A DNA stretch of 63,976 nucleotides, filler included, from a bacterium (GTDB lineage: Bacteria > JALSQH01): the NCBI GenBank assembly GCA_027004335.1. It is 9 parts of 9 records of this genome, joined end to end, with 100 filler letters (N's around TTAATTAATTAA, not from the genome) between each part and the next. Parts side by side here need not be neighbours in the genome. Positions count along the whole stretch, not along the records: positions 25,599 to 38,161 come from JALTID010000072.1; positions 38,262 to 42,546 come from JALTID010000073.1; 7 more parts are not named here. One strand, written 5' to 3'. This document shows, piece after piece, positions 29,334 through 40,098 of this stretch. The stretch's first letter is position 1. Each line of letters begins with the position of its first letter. Below the pieces are notes generated by a model. That model made no database searches. It was not told where the DNA came from and worked only from the letters and a program-made list of their open reading frames with translations. Both the position numbers and the translations under genes were made by a program.

Positions 29334-29965
29334 GTTTTCTCCCCGCCTATTACCTTTCGCAAGCTTTCAATAAGGGCAGAAATTTCCTGATTTTTTAGAT
29401 AAAAAGATTTCCTGTTGGATACCACCATTGATGAAATATAAGGCAATATCACTTCTATTTCTTCCAGGTTATTTTCACGGAGGGTCTTGCCTGTAGAAAC
29501 GAGATCAACAATAGCATGCGCCAGACCTACTATGGGAGCTATTTCCATTGAACCATAGAGTTTTATTATCTCAACCTGCCTTCCCCTCTGCGAAAAAAAG
29601 CTCTTTGTGATCCAGGGATATTTGGTAGCAATTTTCAGAACCCTTCTCTCAGGTAGTTTTTCTCCTTTTACAGTGGCAAGAGAAAGCCTACAGATTCCAA
29701 TTTTTAAATCAAGCAGCTCAAAAAGATCATATCCTCCTTCAAAAAGGGTATCTTTTCCCACCAACCCTAAATCGGCCGCCCCATACTCCACATAGGTGGG
29801 CACATCACTTGCCCTTACAATCATAAATCTGAATCTTTCAGATTCAAATATGAGTTGCCTGCCCGGTTTTTTCAGTGGTGCAACAGGAACTCTCGCAGCC
29901 TCAAAAATAGGTATTGCCTCTTCAAGAATTCTTCCTTTGGAAAAAGCGATCGTAATTTTTTTCAC
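29330..29965 (-). CDS. hisG: ATP phosphoribosyltransferase, short form (needs HisZ)
   Basis: KGR, DVPTYVE.G.AD.G, ATKYP, GSME.AP, DLVSTG.TL..N. 211 aa with no regulatory domain. Confidence 0.95.
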   Translation of the reverse strand: MKKITIAFSKGRILEEAIPIFEAARVPVAPLKKPGRQLIFESERFRFMIVRASDVPTYVEYGAADLGLVGKDTLFEGGYDLFELLDLKIGICRLSLATVKGEKLPERRVLKIATKYPWITKSFFSQRGRQVEIIKLYGSMEIAPIVGLAHAIVDLVSTGKTLRENNLEEIEVILPYISSMVVSNRKSFYLKNQEISALIESLRKVIGGEKT

Positions 29966-29968
29966 AAC

Positions 29969-31222
29969 TCACTCCTTTATCCTTTTAACTGAAGCACCAA
30001 GGGCGTTCAATTTACATTCCATACTCTCATACCCTCTATCAAGATGGTATATCCTGGATATTTTTGTGACTCCCTCTGCTACAAGTCCTGCCAGTACAAG
30101 AGAAGCACTAGCCCTTAGATCAGAGGCCATAACTGGGGCGCCTTTGAGTTTTTTTACACCATTTATTATCGCTGTCCTGTCTTCAACTTTTATATTTGCC
30201 CCCATACGATTTAATTCATTAACATGCATGAATCTATTCTCAAAAATTGTTTCAACAATAACACTTATCCCCTGTGCTCTGGTCAACATACTCATCATCT
30301 GAGCCTGAACATCAGTGGGAAAACCAGGATATGGTTGAGTCTTGATCTGAACCCCTCTCAGTTTTCTCCCACCTCTGACAATAATTCTTGAATCCTCAAC
30401 GGAGAAATCCACACCGCTTTCGTCAGCTTTTTTCAAAACTGCTTCAATATGCTCAGGAATAAGAGAATCAACTACAACCTCACCACCAGCCATAGCACCT
30501 GCTATGAAATATGTGGCAGCTTCAATTCTATCAGGAATAATTGAGTAATCTGACCCATGAAGTTTTTTGACACCTTCTACCTGAATTGTTGGAGTCCCTG
30601 CTCCTGAAATTTTCGCTCCCATGCTGTTCAAAAAATTTGCCAGATCAACAACTTCAGGTTCCATGGCAGCATTTTCCAGCACGGCTCCTCCCTCTGAAAA
30701 CACTGCAGCCATTAAAACATTCTCTGTCCCACCTACAGTGGGGACATCAAACACCACCCTGTTACCCACCAATTTTTTAACACCTGCCACAATATAGCCT
30801 TCCTCTATATCTATCTTAACTCCGAGAGCTTCAAAACCCTTTAGATGCTGATCAATAGGCCTTGCCCCTATAGCACAACCACCAGGGAAAGAAACTCTTG
30901 CTCTGTGATATTTGCCGATCATGGCACCCAGCACAAGAACCGATGCCCTCATTGTTTTCACAAGATCATATGGAGCCTCTGTGTTGATCTTCTCTCCCTG
31001 TTTAACAATCAAAGAATCATCTTTCTTTTCTATCTCTTTTCCAATGTAAGAGAGAAGTTTTAGCATGGTTCTCACATCCGAAAGATCAGGGGCATTTTTC
31101 AGGATTACATCGTCATCGGTGAGAAGGGTCGCTGCAAGGATGGGGAGCGAGGCGTTTTTTGAACCACTTATTTTTACCTCACCTCCAATTTTTCTACCAC
31201 CCTCAATTAAAAATGCATCCAC
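29969..31222 (-). CDS. murA: UDP-N-acetylglucosamine 1-carboxyvinyltransferase
   Basis: KNA.LP, MRAS, PGGCAIG.RP.D.H, PGFPTD.Q, DLRA. Confidence 0.97.
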   Translation of the reverse strand: MDAFLIEGGRKIGGEVKISGSKNASLPILAATLLTDDDVILKNAPDLSDVRTMLKLLSYIGKEIEKKDDSLIVKQGEKINTEAPYDLVKTMRASVLVLGAMIGKYHRARVSFPGGCAIGARPIDQHLKGFEALGVKIDIEEGYIVAGVKKLVGNRVVFDVPTVGGTENVLMAAVFSEGGAVLENAAMEPEVVDLANFLNSMGAKISGAGTPTIQVEGVKKLHGSDYSIIPDRIEAATYFIAGAMAGGEVVVDSLIPEHIEAVLKKADESGVDFSVEDSRIIVRGGRKLRGVQIKTQPYPGFPTDVQAQMMSMLTRAQGISVIVETIFENRFMHVNELNRMGANIKVEDRTAIINGVKKLKGAPVMASDLRASASLVLAGLVAEGVTKISRIYHLDRGYESMECKLNALGASVKRIKE

Positions 31223-31258
31223 AGAAAAGCTCCTTAATTTTCCATAATTTTAGCACAC

Positions 31259-32119
31259 CTATTTTTTCTTCACCACTGCCACCCTGGGGAAGCCAGCCAG
31301 ATCCATCTTAAATTTTATATCACCCCACCCCTCCTTCCTGGCAAGCTCTTCAACCCCCACTCTTTCCTCAGGTGTGCCGATCTCAAGAAGGAGATGTCCC
31401 TTCTCTTTTAAATATTTCTTACCATCCTGTAACAGCCTTCTGTAAAAATAAAACCCATTTTCAGGAGCAACAAGAGCGATTTCAGGTTCATAATGCACCT
31501 CAGGTTGAAGAGAAAGATAATCAGTTTCAGAAACATACGGGGGATTAAAAATTATAATATCAAAAAACCCTTCTTCGCACTCACCGCATAAATTAGAAAC
31601 TTTAAATACGACATTTTCAACTTCATATTTTTTTGCATTTTCCTTTGCAATTTCAATAATTCTGGAGGAGACATCTGTGGCTCTAAACTGAACTTCAGGA
31701 AACTGAAGTGCAAGTGAGATAACAACAACACCACTTCCTGCTCCCAGTTCCAGAACATGAAGAGACTCTTTGTTTTCAAAATCTCTTATAATTTCAATTG
31801 CAGTTTCCACCAGTGTTTCTGTTTCTGGCCGGGGAATAAGGACATCGGGGGTAACCCTAAATTTTCTCCCATAGAATTCCTTCTCTCCCACTATGTATGC
31901 AACGGGCTCTCTTTTCGCCCGTCTCCTTACAACCTCTCTATATCTGTTCACTTCATCATCGGTGAGGGGTCTATCAAAATTGAGATAAAGGGAGACTCTG
32001 TCCATACTCAGAACATATCCCAGAAGGATCTCGGCATCAAGTCTTGCTGTATCTATACCTTTTTCAGAGAAAAATTTTTCTGTGACTTTTAAAATGGATA
32101 AAACAGTCCATTTCTCCAT
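31259..32119 (-). CDS. prmC: Release factor glutamine methyltransferase
   Basis: EPVAYI.G, VLIPRPETE, ELGAGSG, NPPY; adjacent to prfA. Confidence 0.94.
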   Translation of the reverse strand: MEKWTVLSILKVTEKFFSEKGIDTARLDAEILLGYVLSMDRVSLYLNFDRPLTDDEVNRYREVVRRRAKREPVAYIVGEKEFYGRKFRVTPDVLIPRPETETLVETAIEIIRDFENKESLHVLELGAGSGVVVISLALQFPEVQFRATDVSSRIIEIAKENAKKYEVENVVFKVSNLCGECEEGFFDIIIFNPPYVSETDYLSLQPEVHYEPEIALVAPENGFYFYRRLLQDGKKYLKEKGHLLLEIGTPEERVGVEELARKEGWGDIKFKMDLAGFPRVAVVKKK

Positions 32120-33190
32120 TCAGGATTCCATCCCTGCAAGAGCCTCTGCCTGGAAATGTGTTATAAGAGCATCTATTATTTCATCAAGATCACCATCAAG
32201 AATAGACTCAAGTCTATAAAGAGTCAGTCCTATCCTGTGATCCGTTACCCTGTTCTGGGGAAAATTGTAGGTCCTTATCTTATCACTTCTGTCCCCGGTT
32301 TTAACCTGCTGCTTTCTATTTCTGGCAACTTCCTTTTCCTGCTCTTTTTTCATCCTATCCATCAACCTTGCTCTAAGTATCTTCATCGCTTTCATCTTAT
32401 TCTGAATCTGTGATCTCTCATCCTGGCAGGTAACCACAATGCCGGTGGGTTTATGAGTAACCCTTACAGCGGAATCTGTCTTGTTAACATGCTGACCTCC
32501 TGCCCCACTGGCTCTAAATGTATCTACCACAAGATCCTCAGGATTTACATCTATTTCCACCTCATCCACCTCGGGAAGAACCGCAACACTTACAGCAGAA
32601 GTATGAATCCTTCCTCCAGATTCAGTAACAGGTACTCTCTGGACCCTGTGCACACCACCTTCGTATTTCAACCGGGAATAAGCTCCCTTCCCTTCAATAA
32701 GAAGTATAACCTCTTTAAATCCACCAAGACCTGTTCTGTTGGAACTGAGGATATCAACTTTCCACCCCTTCCTCTCAGCATATCTTGAGTACATCCTGAA
32801 AAGATCAGCAGCAAAAAGAGCGGCTTCCTCCCCCCCCGTACCACCCCTGATCTCCACTATAACATTCTTCTCATCATTTTTATCTCTGGGAAGAAGAAGA
32901 AGTTTTATCTTTTCTTCAAGATTCATCTTTTCTTTCTCAAGTTGCTCCAGCTCTTCCCTTGCAAGGTCCCTCAATTCGGAATCCCTTTCCTCAGAAAGTA
33001 ACTCTTCAGTGGAGCTTATCTTTCCAACAACAGATCTATACTCATCGTAAAGCTTAACTATTTCTTCAAGTTGTGATTTTTCCTGTGAGATTTTAATGAA
33101 TTCCTGACGATTCCTGACTACACCTGGATCAGATAATTTTTCCAGCAGAAATTGATATCGTTTCTTTACCTCTTCTAACTTTTGAAGCAT
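32120..33190 (-). CDS. prfA: Peptide chain release factor 1
   Basis: PVT motif (RVPVTE), [15 protein letters not shown]. Confidence 0.97.
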   Translation of the reverse strand: MLQKLEEVKKRYQFLLEKLSDPGVVRNRQEFIKISQEKSQLEEIVKLYDEYRSVVGKISSTEELLSEERDSELRDLAREELEQLEKEKMNLEEKIKLLLLPRDKNDEKNVIVEIRGGTGGEEAALFAADLFRMYSRYAERKGWKVDILSSNRTGLGGFKEVILLIEGKGAYSRLKYEGGVHRVQRVPVTESGGRIHTSAVSVAVLPEVDEVEIDVNPEDLVVDTFRASGAGGQHVNKTDSAVRVTHKPTGIVVTCQDERSQIQNKMKAMKILRARLMDRMKKEQEKEVARNRKQQVKTGDRSDKIRTYNFPQNRVTDHRIGLTLYRLESILDGDLDEIIDALITHFQAEALAGMES

Positions 33191-33208
33191 ACTTCATTTT
33201 ATATGAAA

Positions 33209-33412
33209 TCAATCTTTTAAACCATATTTCTTCTTAAATTTTTCCACTCTACCGGCAGAATCAACAATCTTCTGCTTGCCTGTATAAAAAGGGTGACACG
33301 CTGAGCAAACAGCGACATGAATATCACCCACGGTGGTTCTTGTTTCAATTACATTCCCGCACGCACAGATGATCTTTGCAGGCTTATACTCCGGATGGAT
33401 TCCTTTCTTCAC
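33209..33412 (-). CDS. rpmE: 50S ribosomal protein L31 (Zn-binding C+ type)
   Basis: [25 protein letters not shown] start after AGGAGG. Confidence 0.96.
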   Translation of the reverse strand: MKKGIHPEYKPAKIICACGNVIETRTTVGDIHVAVCSACHPFYTGKQKIVDSAGRVEKFKKKYGLKD

Positions 33413-33541
33413 AACAAACCTCCTACTCACATCAGGTTGATATACATATTTTACAAATTTCTAAAAAGTTGTCAAAGGCACCTGACAAGGGGTACAGGCC
33501 TGCTTTATTATTCCTCCAAACACTGATATAATAAATTGGAA

Positions 33542-34108
33542 ATGAAGGGAAGAAATTCTTTAAAATCCTACATCCTTTTTATCGTGACAGTAATCCTTTT
33601 TTCTTGCACCCAGATGGTACCGCCGCAAAGTGGCAAATCTAACTCAGGAAAGAAGAAGCTTCCATCCTCACTCGTTCTTCTTTTTTCCACAACAAAAGGA
33701 AATTTCATGGTTAAAATATACCCCTCTAAAGCACCTGAAGCTGCAGAAGCTTTTCTTGATGAGGTAAAAAAAGAAGACTATAACTCCTTAAAATTTTTCC
33801 GCATCCTGAAAAAACCTGTGCCTCTCCTGATTCAAACAGGCGCCCCTGAAAACAACCCACTTCTTTCATATTTTAAACCCAGACCATTTAGTTACAAAGG
33901 TATTCCTCACTATAGGGGTTCAATTGCTATGGCAGTGGATCCCCTTTCAGGTGGATTCACCTCGCAGTTTTACATTCTTCTTTCAGATGCACCATATCTT
34001 GACAGGAAAGACCCTGTAATTGGGGAAATTATCAAAGGCATGGAAGTCATAAAAAAGATAGGGATAGGAGATTCCATACTTTATATAAAACAGGTTTCAG
34101 ATGGCTAA
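33542..34108 (+). CDS. Cyclophilin-type peptidyl-prolyl isomerase, lipoprotein
   Basis: Lipobox LFSC, TTKG, 'FFRI...IQTG', H.RGSIAMA, SQFYI, GMEVI..I. Confidence 0.8.
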   Translation: MKGRNSLKSYILFIVTVILFSCTQMVPPQSGKSNSGKKKLPSSLVLLFSTTKGNFMVKIYPSKAPEAAEAFLDEVKKEDYNSLKFFRILKKPVPLLIQTGAPENNPLLSYFKPRPFSYKGIPHYRGSIAMAVDPLSGGFTSQFYILLSDAPYLDRKDPVIGEIIKGMEVIKKIGIGDSILYIKQVSDG

Positions 34109-34194
34109 AAAAGATTGCTCTTTGTGACCATGATCAAGAGATAATTTCACTTTTCAAAGCAGAATTTATTGAGTGCTGGTATTTCGCTTATTTA

Positions 34195-35484
34195 TTAACT
34201 TTCCTCATCTCTTCTTTTCTTAATAATTCTTACTACCCCGGGATGCAATCCATCCATTTTAAGTATCCTATATGCACATTCCTCATCCTCAAGAATATTA
34301 CCCTCCTTAACACTTCCTCCTGCAAGATTTATAAGATACTGGGAAAGTATCTTACCCTTATCCTCAGGAAGCGGGATATCAAGTTCCTCCTCAATCTTAT
34401 GTAAAGTCACCCTTCCATCAACATCATACATTCCTGAAGCAACTTCTCTTATCTCCTCCGAAGCCACAAGATCATACTCATCATATATCTCTCCTACAAT
34501 CTCTTCAAGTATCTCTTCAAGGGTAACAATTCCAAGAAAATCTCCATACTCATTAACCACCACTGCCATTTCACCTCTTGATTTGGTCAATATTTTGAAA
34601 AGATCCCACAGGTTTTTTTCAGGATGGACAAACACAGGCTTTCTCAAAATTGAATCAATGGTAAAATCATCCTGACTTTCACAAAAACGGAGAAGATCTT
34701 TCACATGGATTACCCCCTTAACCAGACTGCTTTCAGTTTCAAGGACAGGGAAGCGGGAAAAATGGGAATTTAATGCAACAGTAAGAAGCTTATCAAAATC
34801 ATAATTATCCTCAACATAAATCACTTTATCTCTAAGTTTCATAACATGTTCTACTGCAAGAGTTTTGAGGGAGATCAGACCATTAACCATCCTCTCTTCT
34901 GTCCCACTTAGCAACCCCCTCTTCTTCCATACCTTCAAGATATGTTTCATTTGAAAATCTCTTTCGGCCTCCCTAACCCCTCCTCCTTCAAAGCCAAGCA
35001 ATCTCATGAGCAGATAACTTATCTGATTAACAATATAAGAAACCGGGGCAAAAAATTTAACTGTGAAATCAACTGGATATGCGAAAAAAGTAACAACCTT
35101 CTCAGGATTATAAGAAGCAATAGTTTTAGGGGTCACCTCAGCAAAGATCAACAAAAGGAGGGTAACAATGATAGTGGCAACAACTACACCCTCTCCTTCC
35201 CCGCCAAACCATCTTATAGCAAGGACAGTCCCTATGGATGAAATCGCAACATTTACAAGATTATTACCTATGAGAATAGCCCCGAGAAATTTGGCTGGAT
35301 TGGAAATTATTTTTTTTATTGTCTGAATTAATTTGCTTTTTTTCTTTTTAAGGACAACCTCCTGAAGATCTATCCAGAGCCTGTCAATACTCATAAAAGC
35401 AGTTTCAGATGCAGAAAAGAAAGCAGAAAAAACAAGAAAAATTACAAGAAGAAATAATTCAAGAAGATCTCGGTCAATGTTCAT
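34195..35484 (-). CDS. CNNM/HlyC-CorC family (DUF21-CBS-CorC) transporter
   Basis: SAFFSASETA, GNNLVN, AEVTPK, SRFPV, VNEYG...GIVTLEE.LEEIVGEI.DE.D. Confidence 0.9.
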   Translation of the reverse strand: MNIDRDLLELFLLVIFLVFSAFFSASETAFMSIDRLWIDLQEVVLKKKKSKLIQTIKKIISNPAKFLGAILIGNNLVNVAISSIGTVLAIRWFGGEGEGVVVATIIVTLLLLIFAEVTPKTIASYNPEKVVTFFAYPVDFTVKFFAPVSYIVNQISYLLMRLLGFEGGGVREAERDFQMKHILKVWKKRGLLSGTEERMVNGLISLKTLAVEHVMKLRDKVIYVEDNYDFDKLLTVALNSHFSRFPVLETESSLVKGVIHVKDLLRFCESQDDFTIDSILRKPVFVHPEKNLWDLFKILTKSRGEMAVVVNEYGDFLGIVTLEEILEEIVGEIYDEYDLVASEEIREVASGMYDVDGRVTLHKIEEELDIPLPEDKGKILSQYLINLAGGSVKEGNILEDEECAYRILKMDGLHPGVVRIIKKRRDEES

Positions 35485-36167
35485 TTTTCATCAGGAGGAG
35501 GGGCATCTCCGGATCTCTGAAGTACTTCTTTTATAAGAGTCTCAATCCCGTAATAAGCATTTTCCTTTACAAGCTCTTCCAGTTTCTTAGCATCCTCATT
35601 CTTAATAGCTTCAATTATCTGCCAGTGCTGGTCAATAGAACCCTCCATTTTTCTTAGAAGTGTTAAGTACCAGCGAAATCTCTGAAATCTCTGGTAGAGA
35701 TTCTCCAGTATCTGAAGAAGTAACTCATTTTTACAATACTTTATTAACTGCCTGTGAAACTCATTATGTGATTTGTAGAGTTCCTTAAAATCTCCAGTTG
35801 CGTAAGCTTTCTCCATTTTTCTGTTAAGATTCTCAAGTTTTTTAATATCCTTCTGAGTCATTTTCTTCAGGGAATTTCCCGCAGCATGACCCTCAAGAAG
35901 CGCTCTAATCTCATAGAAGTTTCTCACATCATCCTCACTCAAAGAGGCAACCACTGCACCTTTTCTGGGTATAACATTAACAAAACCTTCAGATTCAAGT
36001 TGCCAGAGAGCCTCCCTAACAGGGGTCCTGCTTATCCCATACTGCTCTGCAAGTTCAAGTTCAGAGATTTTGGTCCCTGGTTTTAACTTATTATTGATTA
36101 TAGCTTCCCTGAGAATATCAACAATTTCTTCCCTTAATGTCTTCGTTAGTTTACCTGTCCTTCCCAT
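35481..36167 (-). CDS. GntR (FadR/FCD) family transcriptional regulator
   Basis: E.ELAE..GISRTPVREA HTH, FCD 'N.EFH...N' motif. Confidence 0.92.
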   Translation of the reverse strand: MGRTGKLTKTLREEIVDILREAIINNKLKPGTKISELELAEQYGISRTPVREALWQLESEGFVNVIPRKGAVVASLSEDDVRNFYEIRALLEGHAAGNSLKKMTQKDIKKLENLNRKMEKAYATGDFKELYKSHNEFHRQLIKYCKNELLLQILENLYQRFQRFRWYLTLLRKMEGSIDQHWQIIEAIKNEDAKKLEELVKENAYYGIETLIKEVLQRSGDAPPPDEK

Positions 36168-36186
36168 AGTCCTGACCGACTTTTAA

Positions 36187-36207
36187 ATTGTATACAATAT
36201 ACAATAC
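36187..36207. promoter_or_regulatory. Putative GntR operator ATTGTATACAAT (plus tandem TATACAA) overlapping the gntR -10 box
   Basis: Perfect 12-bp palindrome between the divergent gntR and CoA-transferase genes, matching the GT-N-AC GntR pattern. Confidence 0.65.
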
Positions 36208-36283
36208 TTGTCAAGGAGGAATCAAATTTTTATTGACACAATTGTCAAAATATTCTATACTTCTCTCTAAAAAGGAGGAAAAA

Positions 36284-38017
36284 ATGCAAGCTTTTGAGAA
36301 AAGAAGCTTCAGAAAAAGTAAAATTGTTCCAATAAAAAAGCTGGTCCAAAATGTCCAGGACGGCGATACTATCCACTTTACAGCAATAAATGGTGGGCCT
36401 TCACAGGTGATTCACGCTCTGGTAAGGGAATTCTGCGGCAAAAAAATCAAAATAAATGTCTCCATGGCAGGTCTTATAAATATATCCCTCACTCTTCTTC
36501 ATTGCGATATCATTGACAAGATAATTACAACCTTTGTAGGTGAAGGATATCCTACTCCAGGCCCCAGCCCTATTGTTCAAAAAAAATTTCAAGAGGGCAA
36601 ATTAAAAGTTGAAAATTGGAGTATGTTGACATTGCCTTTGAGATTACTTGCAGGTGCTTATAATTGGGAATGGATACCAACTCATTCACTGAGAGGCTCT
36701 ACCCTATTTGAAGATCTTGAAAAAGAGGGATTGGCTAAAACAATTTCTGTGGGTGGGAGAGAAATCACTCTCATAAAAAAATATCAGCCTGACTGGATTT
36801 TTGTCCATGCCATAGCTTCAGACGAGGAGGGAAACCTTCTCATGCCCGCTCCCAGAGGTGAAGACCCGAAGATAGTTTTTGCAGCTAAAAAGGGGATTCT
36901 ATCAACTGTGGATTACCTTGTTTCAAGGGAATTTGTGAGAAACTATCCCGGTTTTGTTGGTGTTCCTGCTGATAGAGTCAAAGAGGTAGCGGTCTGCCAC
37001 TTTGGATCCCATCCCGGAGGAGTAATAAATATGGGATTACCCCTCCAGGCATATGCTGAAGATTATGATTTTATGTATGATTTCAGAAAAGCCTCCGCAG
37101 ATGAAGAAGAACTTGAAAAATGGATGAAGTACTGGACCTTTGATGTTCATTCATGTGAGGAATATAAGAAAAAATTGGGAAGCGAAAGAGTTATGATGCT
37201 AATGGGCAAATCATATCCTATGAGCTGGAAAGAGGATCTCATAAAATACAGTGATACAGTTGAAGGAGAGATCAACTACATAGAAAGAATGACCCTGATT
37301 GCTGGGAAAATAGTTGCAGAAAGAATAAAAGAGAAAGGATATAAGAATGTCCTGGCAGGAATAGGAATAAGTGGACTGGCTTCGTGGATGGCGAAGAAGT
37401 TTCTTCAGGAAGAGGGTAAAGATGTTAATCTGGTTGCGGAATTAGGTCAGTACGATTATGAGCCAAGGCCAACAAACCCTTTCATATTTAACTTCTGGAA
37501 TAGCTGGTCATCCACTCTTGCTGCAGGAATATTTGAAGGTCTTGCAATTTTCACTCAGGGATTTCAGGCTAATTCTCTCGGAGTATTAGGTGCAGGACAG
37601 GTGGATAAATATGGTAATGTTAATTCCACCATAATCCCAGGGGTGATGTATCTTGTAGGTTCAGGTGGAGCCAACGATGTAGCATCAGGGGCAGATGAGG
37701 TGATTGTTGTGATGGAGCACCAACCTGGTAGGCTCGTAGATAAAGTACCATATATAACTGCTCCGGGAAATAGAGTAACTATGCTTATTACCTCTCTTGG
37801 AGTTTTTGAGAAGGAAAACGGACAACTTATATTAAAAGGTGTCATTATAAAAGAGGGAGAAAATGAAAGAGAAATAGTAGAAAAGATAAAAAAGATGACC
37901 CTCTGGGATGTTAAAATTGCTCCTTCATTAAAGCATTATGATTTTGAAGATGAAAAATGGTTGAAAATATTGCGGCTCTATGATCCCAGGAGACAATTCA
38001 TTGGAACGGAAAAATAA
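36284..38017 (+). CDS. Fused two-subunit family I CoA-transferase (GctA+GctB-like)
   Basis: N-half 'PD..FVHA..SDEEGN'. C-half 'LAGIG', 'AELG', 'LGAGQVDKYGNVNST', 'GSGGANDV', 'V.YIT.PG'. AAGGAGG RBS before ATG 36284. Confidence 0.82.
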   Translation: MQAFEKRSFRKSKIVPIKKLVQNVQDGDTIHFTAINGGPSQVIHALVREFCGKKIKINVSMAGLINISLTLLHCDIIDKIITTFVGEGYPTPGPSPIVQKKFQEGKLKVENWSMLTLPLRLLAGAYNWEWIPTHSLRGSTLFEDLEKEGLAKTISVGGREITLIKKYQPDWIFVHAIASDEEGNLLMPAPRGEDPKIVFAAKKGILSTVDYLVSREFVRNYPGFVGVPADRVKEVAVCHFGSHPGGVINMGLPLQAYAEDYDFMYDFRKASADEEELEKWMKYWTFDVHSCEEYKKKLGSERVMMLMGKSYPMSWKEDLIKYSDTVEGEINYIERMTLIAGKIVAERIKEKGYKNVLAGIGISGLASWMAKKFLQEEGKDVNLVAELGQYDYEPRPTNPFIFNFWNSWSSTLAAGIFEGLAIFTQGFQANSLGVLGAGQVDKYGNVNSTIIPGVMYLVGSGGANDVASGADEVIVVMEHQPGRLVDKVPYITAPGNRVTMLITSLGVFEKENGQLILKGVIIKEGENEREIVEKIKKMTLWDVKIAPSLKHYDFEDEKWLKILRLYDPRRQFIGTEK

Positions 38018-38161
38018 GCTGAAAAAGACATTAGTTTTATTTCTGACTCTTTTTACTTTTTCACCACTTTACTCATGGAAAAAGATAAGCAAATTTCTCT
38101 ATCCTGTAACCCATAATGAGAGCCTTATTAACTTTTTTCATCTTCCTCCTGAGTATCTAAT
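37980..38161 (+). CDS. Exported hypothetical protein, N-terminal fragment (truncated)
   Basis: Signal-peptide-like KKTLVLFLTLFTFSPLYS. The start codon is uncertain. Confidence 0.35.
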
Positions 38162-38261
38162 NNNNNNNNNNNNNNNNNNNNNNNNNNNNNNNNNNNNNNN
38201 NNNNNTTAATTAATTAANNNNNNNNNNNNNNNNNNNNNNNNNNNNNNNNNNNNNNNNNNNN
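38162..38261. other. Artificial contig spacer
   Basis: N44-TTAATTAATTAA-N44. Confidence 0.98.
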
Positions 38262-38342
38262 GTTCAGGTGATGACGGGGGTAGGTTTATACATATTATTT
38301 GAAAAAATTTTCTCATCTAAATTAGTTTTATTTTCTGAATAA
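38262..38342 (+). CDS. C-terminal fragment of a membrane protein, probably MreD
   Basis: Hydrophobic tail VQVMTGVGLYILFEKIF...SE* ends 1 nt before mrdA. The identity is inferred from position only. Confidence 0.35.
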   Translation, partial: VQVMTGVGLYILFEKIFSSKLVLFSE

Positions 38343-38343
38343 G

Positions 38344-40098
38344 ATGGATAAGAGACTTAACATATTCAGGATACTAATTGGTTTTTTCTTTTTTTTACTT
38401 CTGTTAAGATTCTGGTATCTTCAAATTTATAATGGTGAAAAGTATCTTATTTACAGCAGAAAAAATATGGTGAGAAAATGGAGAATCCCTCCTGTGAGAG
38501 GTGACATAATTGATAGAAATGGAAAAATTCTTGCAGGCACGCGGCCTGCCTATGATCTTTACCTTGATACTCGTTTTGTTAAAAAGCCTATTGTTTTTTT
38601 GAGAAAATTGGGGAAAAAATTGAACTTACCGCTGGTAAAAAACTATTTAAAAAACAGATACACAGGTCTTGAACTGGTTAAAATCGCTGAGGATATACCT
38701 CGGGATCTTCTGGCATGGGTGGAGGTTCACAAGGTTTTTTATCCTGAACTTGTAGTAGAAGTGTGGTACAGGAGGACCTATTTTAAGCCTTATATACCTC
38801 ATGTGATTGGTTACATTGGCAAAATAAGCGAAGGAGAGTTAAAGGAGTTTAAAAAATATGGGTTAAATTATTACTATGGAGATTGGGTGGGAAAAACAGG
38901 GATTGAGAGGTTGTTTGAAAGATCGTTGAGAGGAAAAAGTGGATATATCGAAGCCCTGGTAGATGCTCAAGGTCATGTCCTTAGGAGGCTAAAAGAAGTT
39001 TTGCCCAAACCGGGGAGAGAGGTAAGCCTCACCATTGATTCTGATCTGCAAAGTGAAGGTGAAAAGTTGATGGACGGTAAGGTAGGTGCTCTTGTAGCGG
39101 TGGATCCCCGTAATGGAGAGGTTCTTGCCTGGGTTAGTTCTCCATGGTACAATCCTGATGCTTTTGCAAGAGGAATTGATCCCGGAGAATGGGAAGAACT
39201 TGCTATTGACCCTCTTCATCCACTTGAGAATAGGGTTATTAGAGGGGCTTATCCTCCGGGTTCAACTTTTAAACCAATAGTGGCTCTGGGGGCGCTTCAA
39301 TCAGTTATTATCTCACCATCTTATAAAATTTTTTGTAAAGGTTTTTATAAAAAAGGGAAAGATACTTTTAGATGCTGGAAAAAACATGGCCATGGATGGA
39401 CAGATCTTCACAAAGCAATAGTGCAATCATGCGATGTTTATTTCTACACAGTGGGAGACATGATGGGAATAGATAGAATTGCTTATTATGCAAAATTGTT
39501 CGGCCTTGGTGAGCATACGGGAATTGAACTGAAAGGAGAAAGGACAGGGCTTGTTCCTACGCCGGAGTGGAAAAAAAGTGTATTGAAAGAACCCTGGTAT
39601 GGAGGTGAAACAATCCCTGTGACGATAGGACAGGGGTATCTTCTGGTAACACCTCTTCAGATGGCGAGAGCTTATTCGGCAATTGCTAACAGGGGATTTC
39701 TTCCCGAAATTCATGTGGTAAAGGATACACCTCCATCAGGAGTAACAATTCCAGTTGAGAGAAAATATTTTGAGGTGGTTATAAAAGGTATGGAAGGAGT
39801 GGTAGATGAGCCCCATGGTACGGGGTGGAGAGCGAGAGTTCGGGGTGTTAAAGTCGCGGGTAAAACTGGTACCACTCAAGTGATCAAGGAAAAGGAAAAA
39901 AATGAAAGAAAGAAAAAGAATATTCAGTACTGGCACAGGGATCACGGGTGGTTCATAGCTTTTGCTCCAGTTGATAGACCGGAAATAGTGATAGCTGTTC
40001 TTGTAGAACATGGTGGTCATGGTGGATCCTCTGCTGCACCAATTGTTGGAAAATTTTTAAGATACTATTTTTCAAGGGAAAAATATGCAGGGAATTAA
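38344..40098 (+). CDS. mrdA: Penicillin-binding protein 2
   Basis: RG.I.DRNG, PGSTFK, SCD, KTGT; followed by rodA. Confidence 0.94.
   Translation: MDKRLNIFRILIGFFFFLLLLRFWYLQIYNGEKYLIYSRKNMVRKWRIPPVRGDIIDRNGKILAGTRPAYDLYLDTRFVKKPIVFLRKLGKKLNLPLVKNYLKNRYTGLELVKIAEDIPRDLLAWVEVHKVFYPELVVEVWYRRTYFKPYIPHVIGYIGKISEGELKEFKKYGLNYYYGDWVGKTGIERLFERSLRGKSGYIEALVDAQGHVLRRLKEVLPKPGREVSLTIDSDLQSEGEKLMDGKVGALVAVDPRNGEVLAWVSSPWYNPDAFARGIDPGEWEELAIDPLHPLENRVIRGAYPPGSTFKPIVALGALQSVIISPSYKIFCKGFYKKGKDTFRCWKKHGHGWTDLHKAIVQSCDVYFYTVGDMMGIDRIAYYAKLFGLGEHTGIELKGERTGLVPTPEWKKSVLKEPWYGGETIPVTIGQGYLLVTPLQMARAYSAIANRGFLPEIHVVKDTPPSGVTIPVERKYFEVVIKGMEGVVDEPHGTGWRARVRGVKVAGKTGTTQVIKEKEKNERKKKNIQYWHRDHGWFIAFAPVDRPEIVIAVLVEHGGHGGSSAAPIVGKFLRYYFSREKYAGN

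Noticed and set aside
36188-36283. N-terminal 32 aa of the 609-aa track ORF
   Set aside because: It covers the operator/promoter region. The ATG at 36284 with AAGGAGG is the better start.
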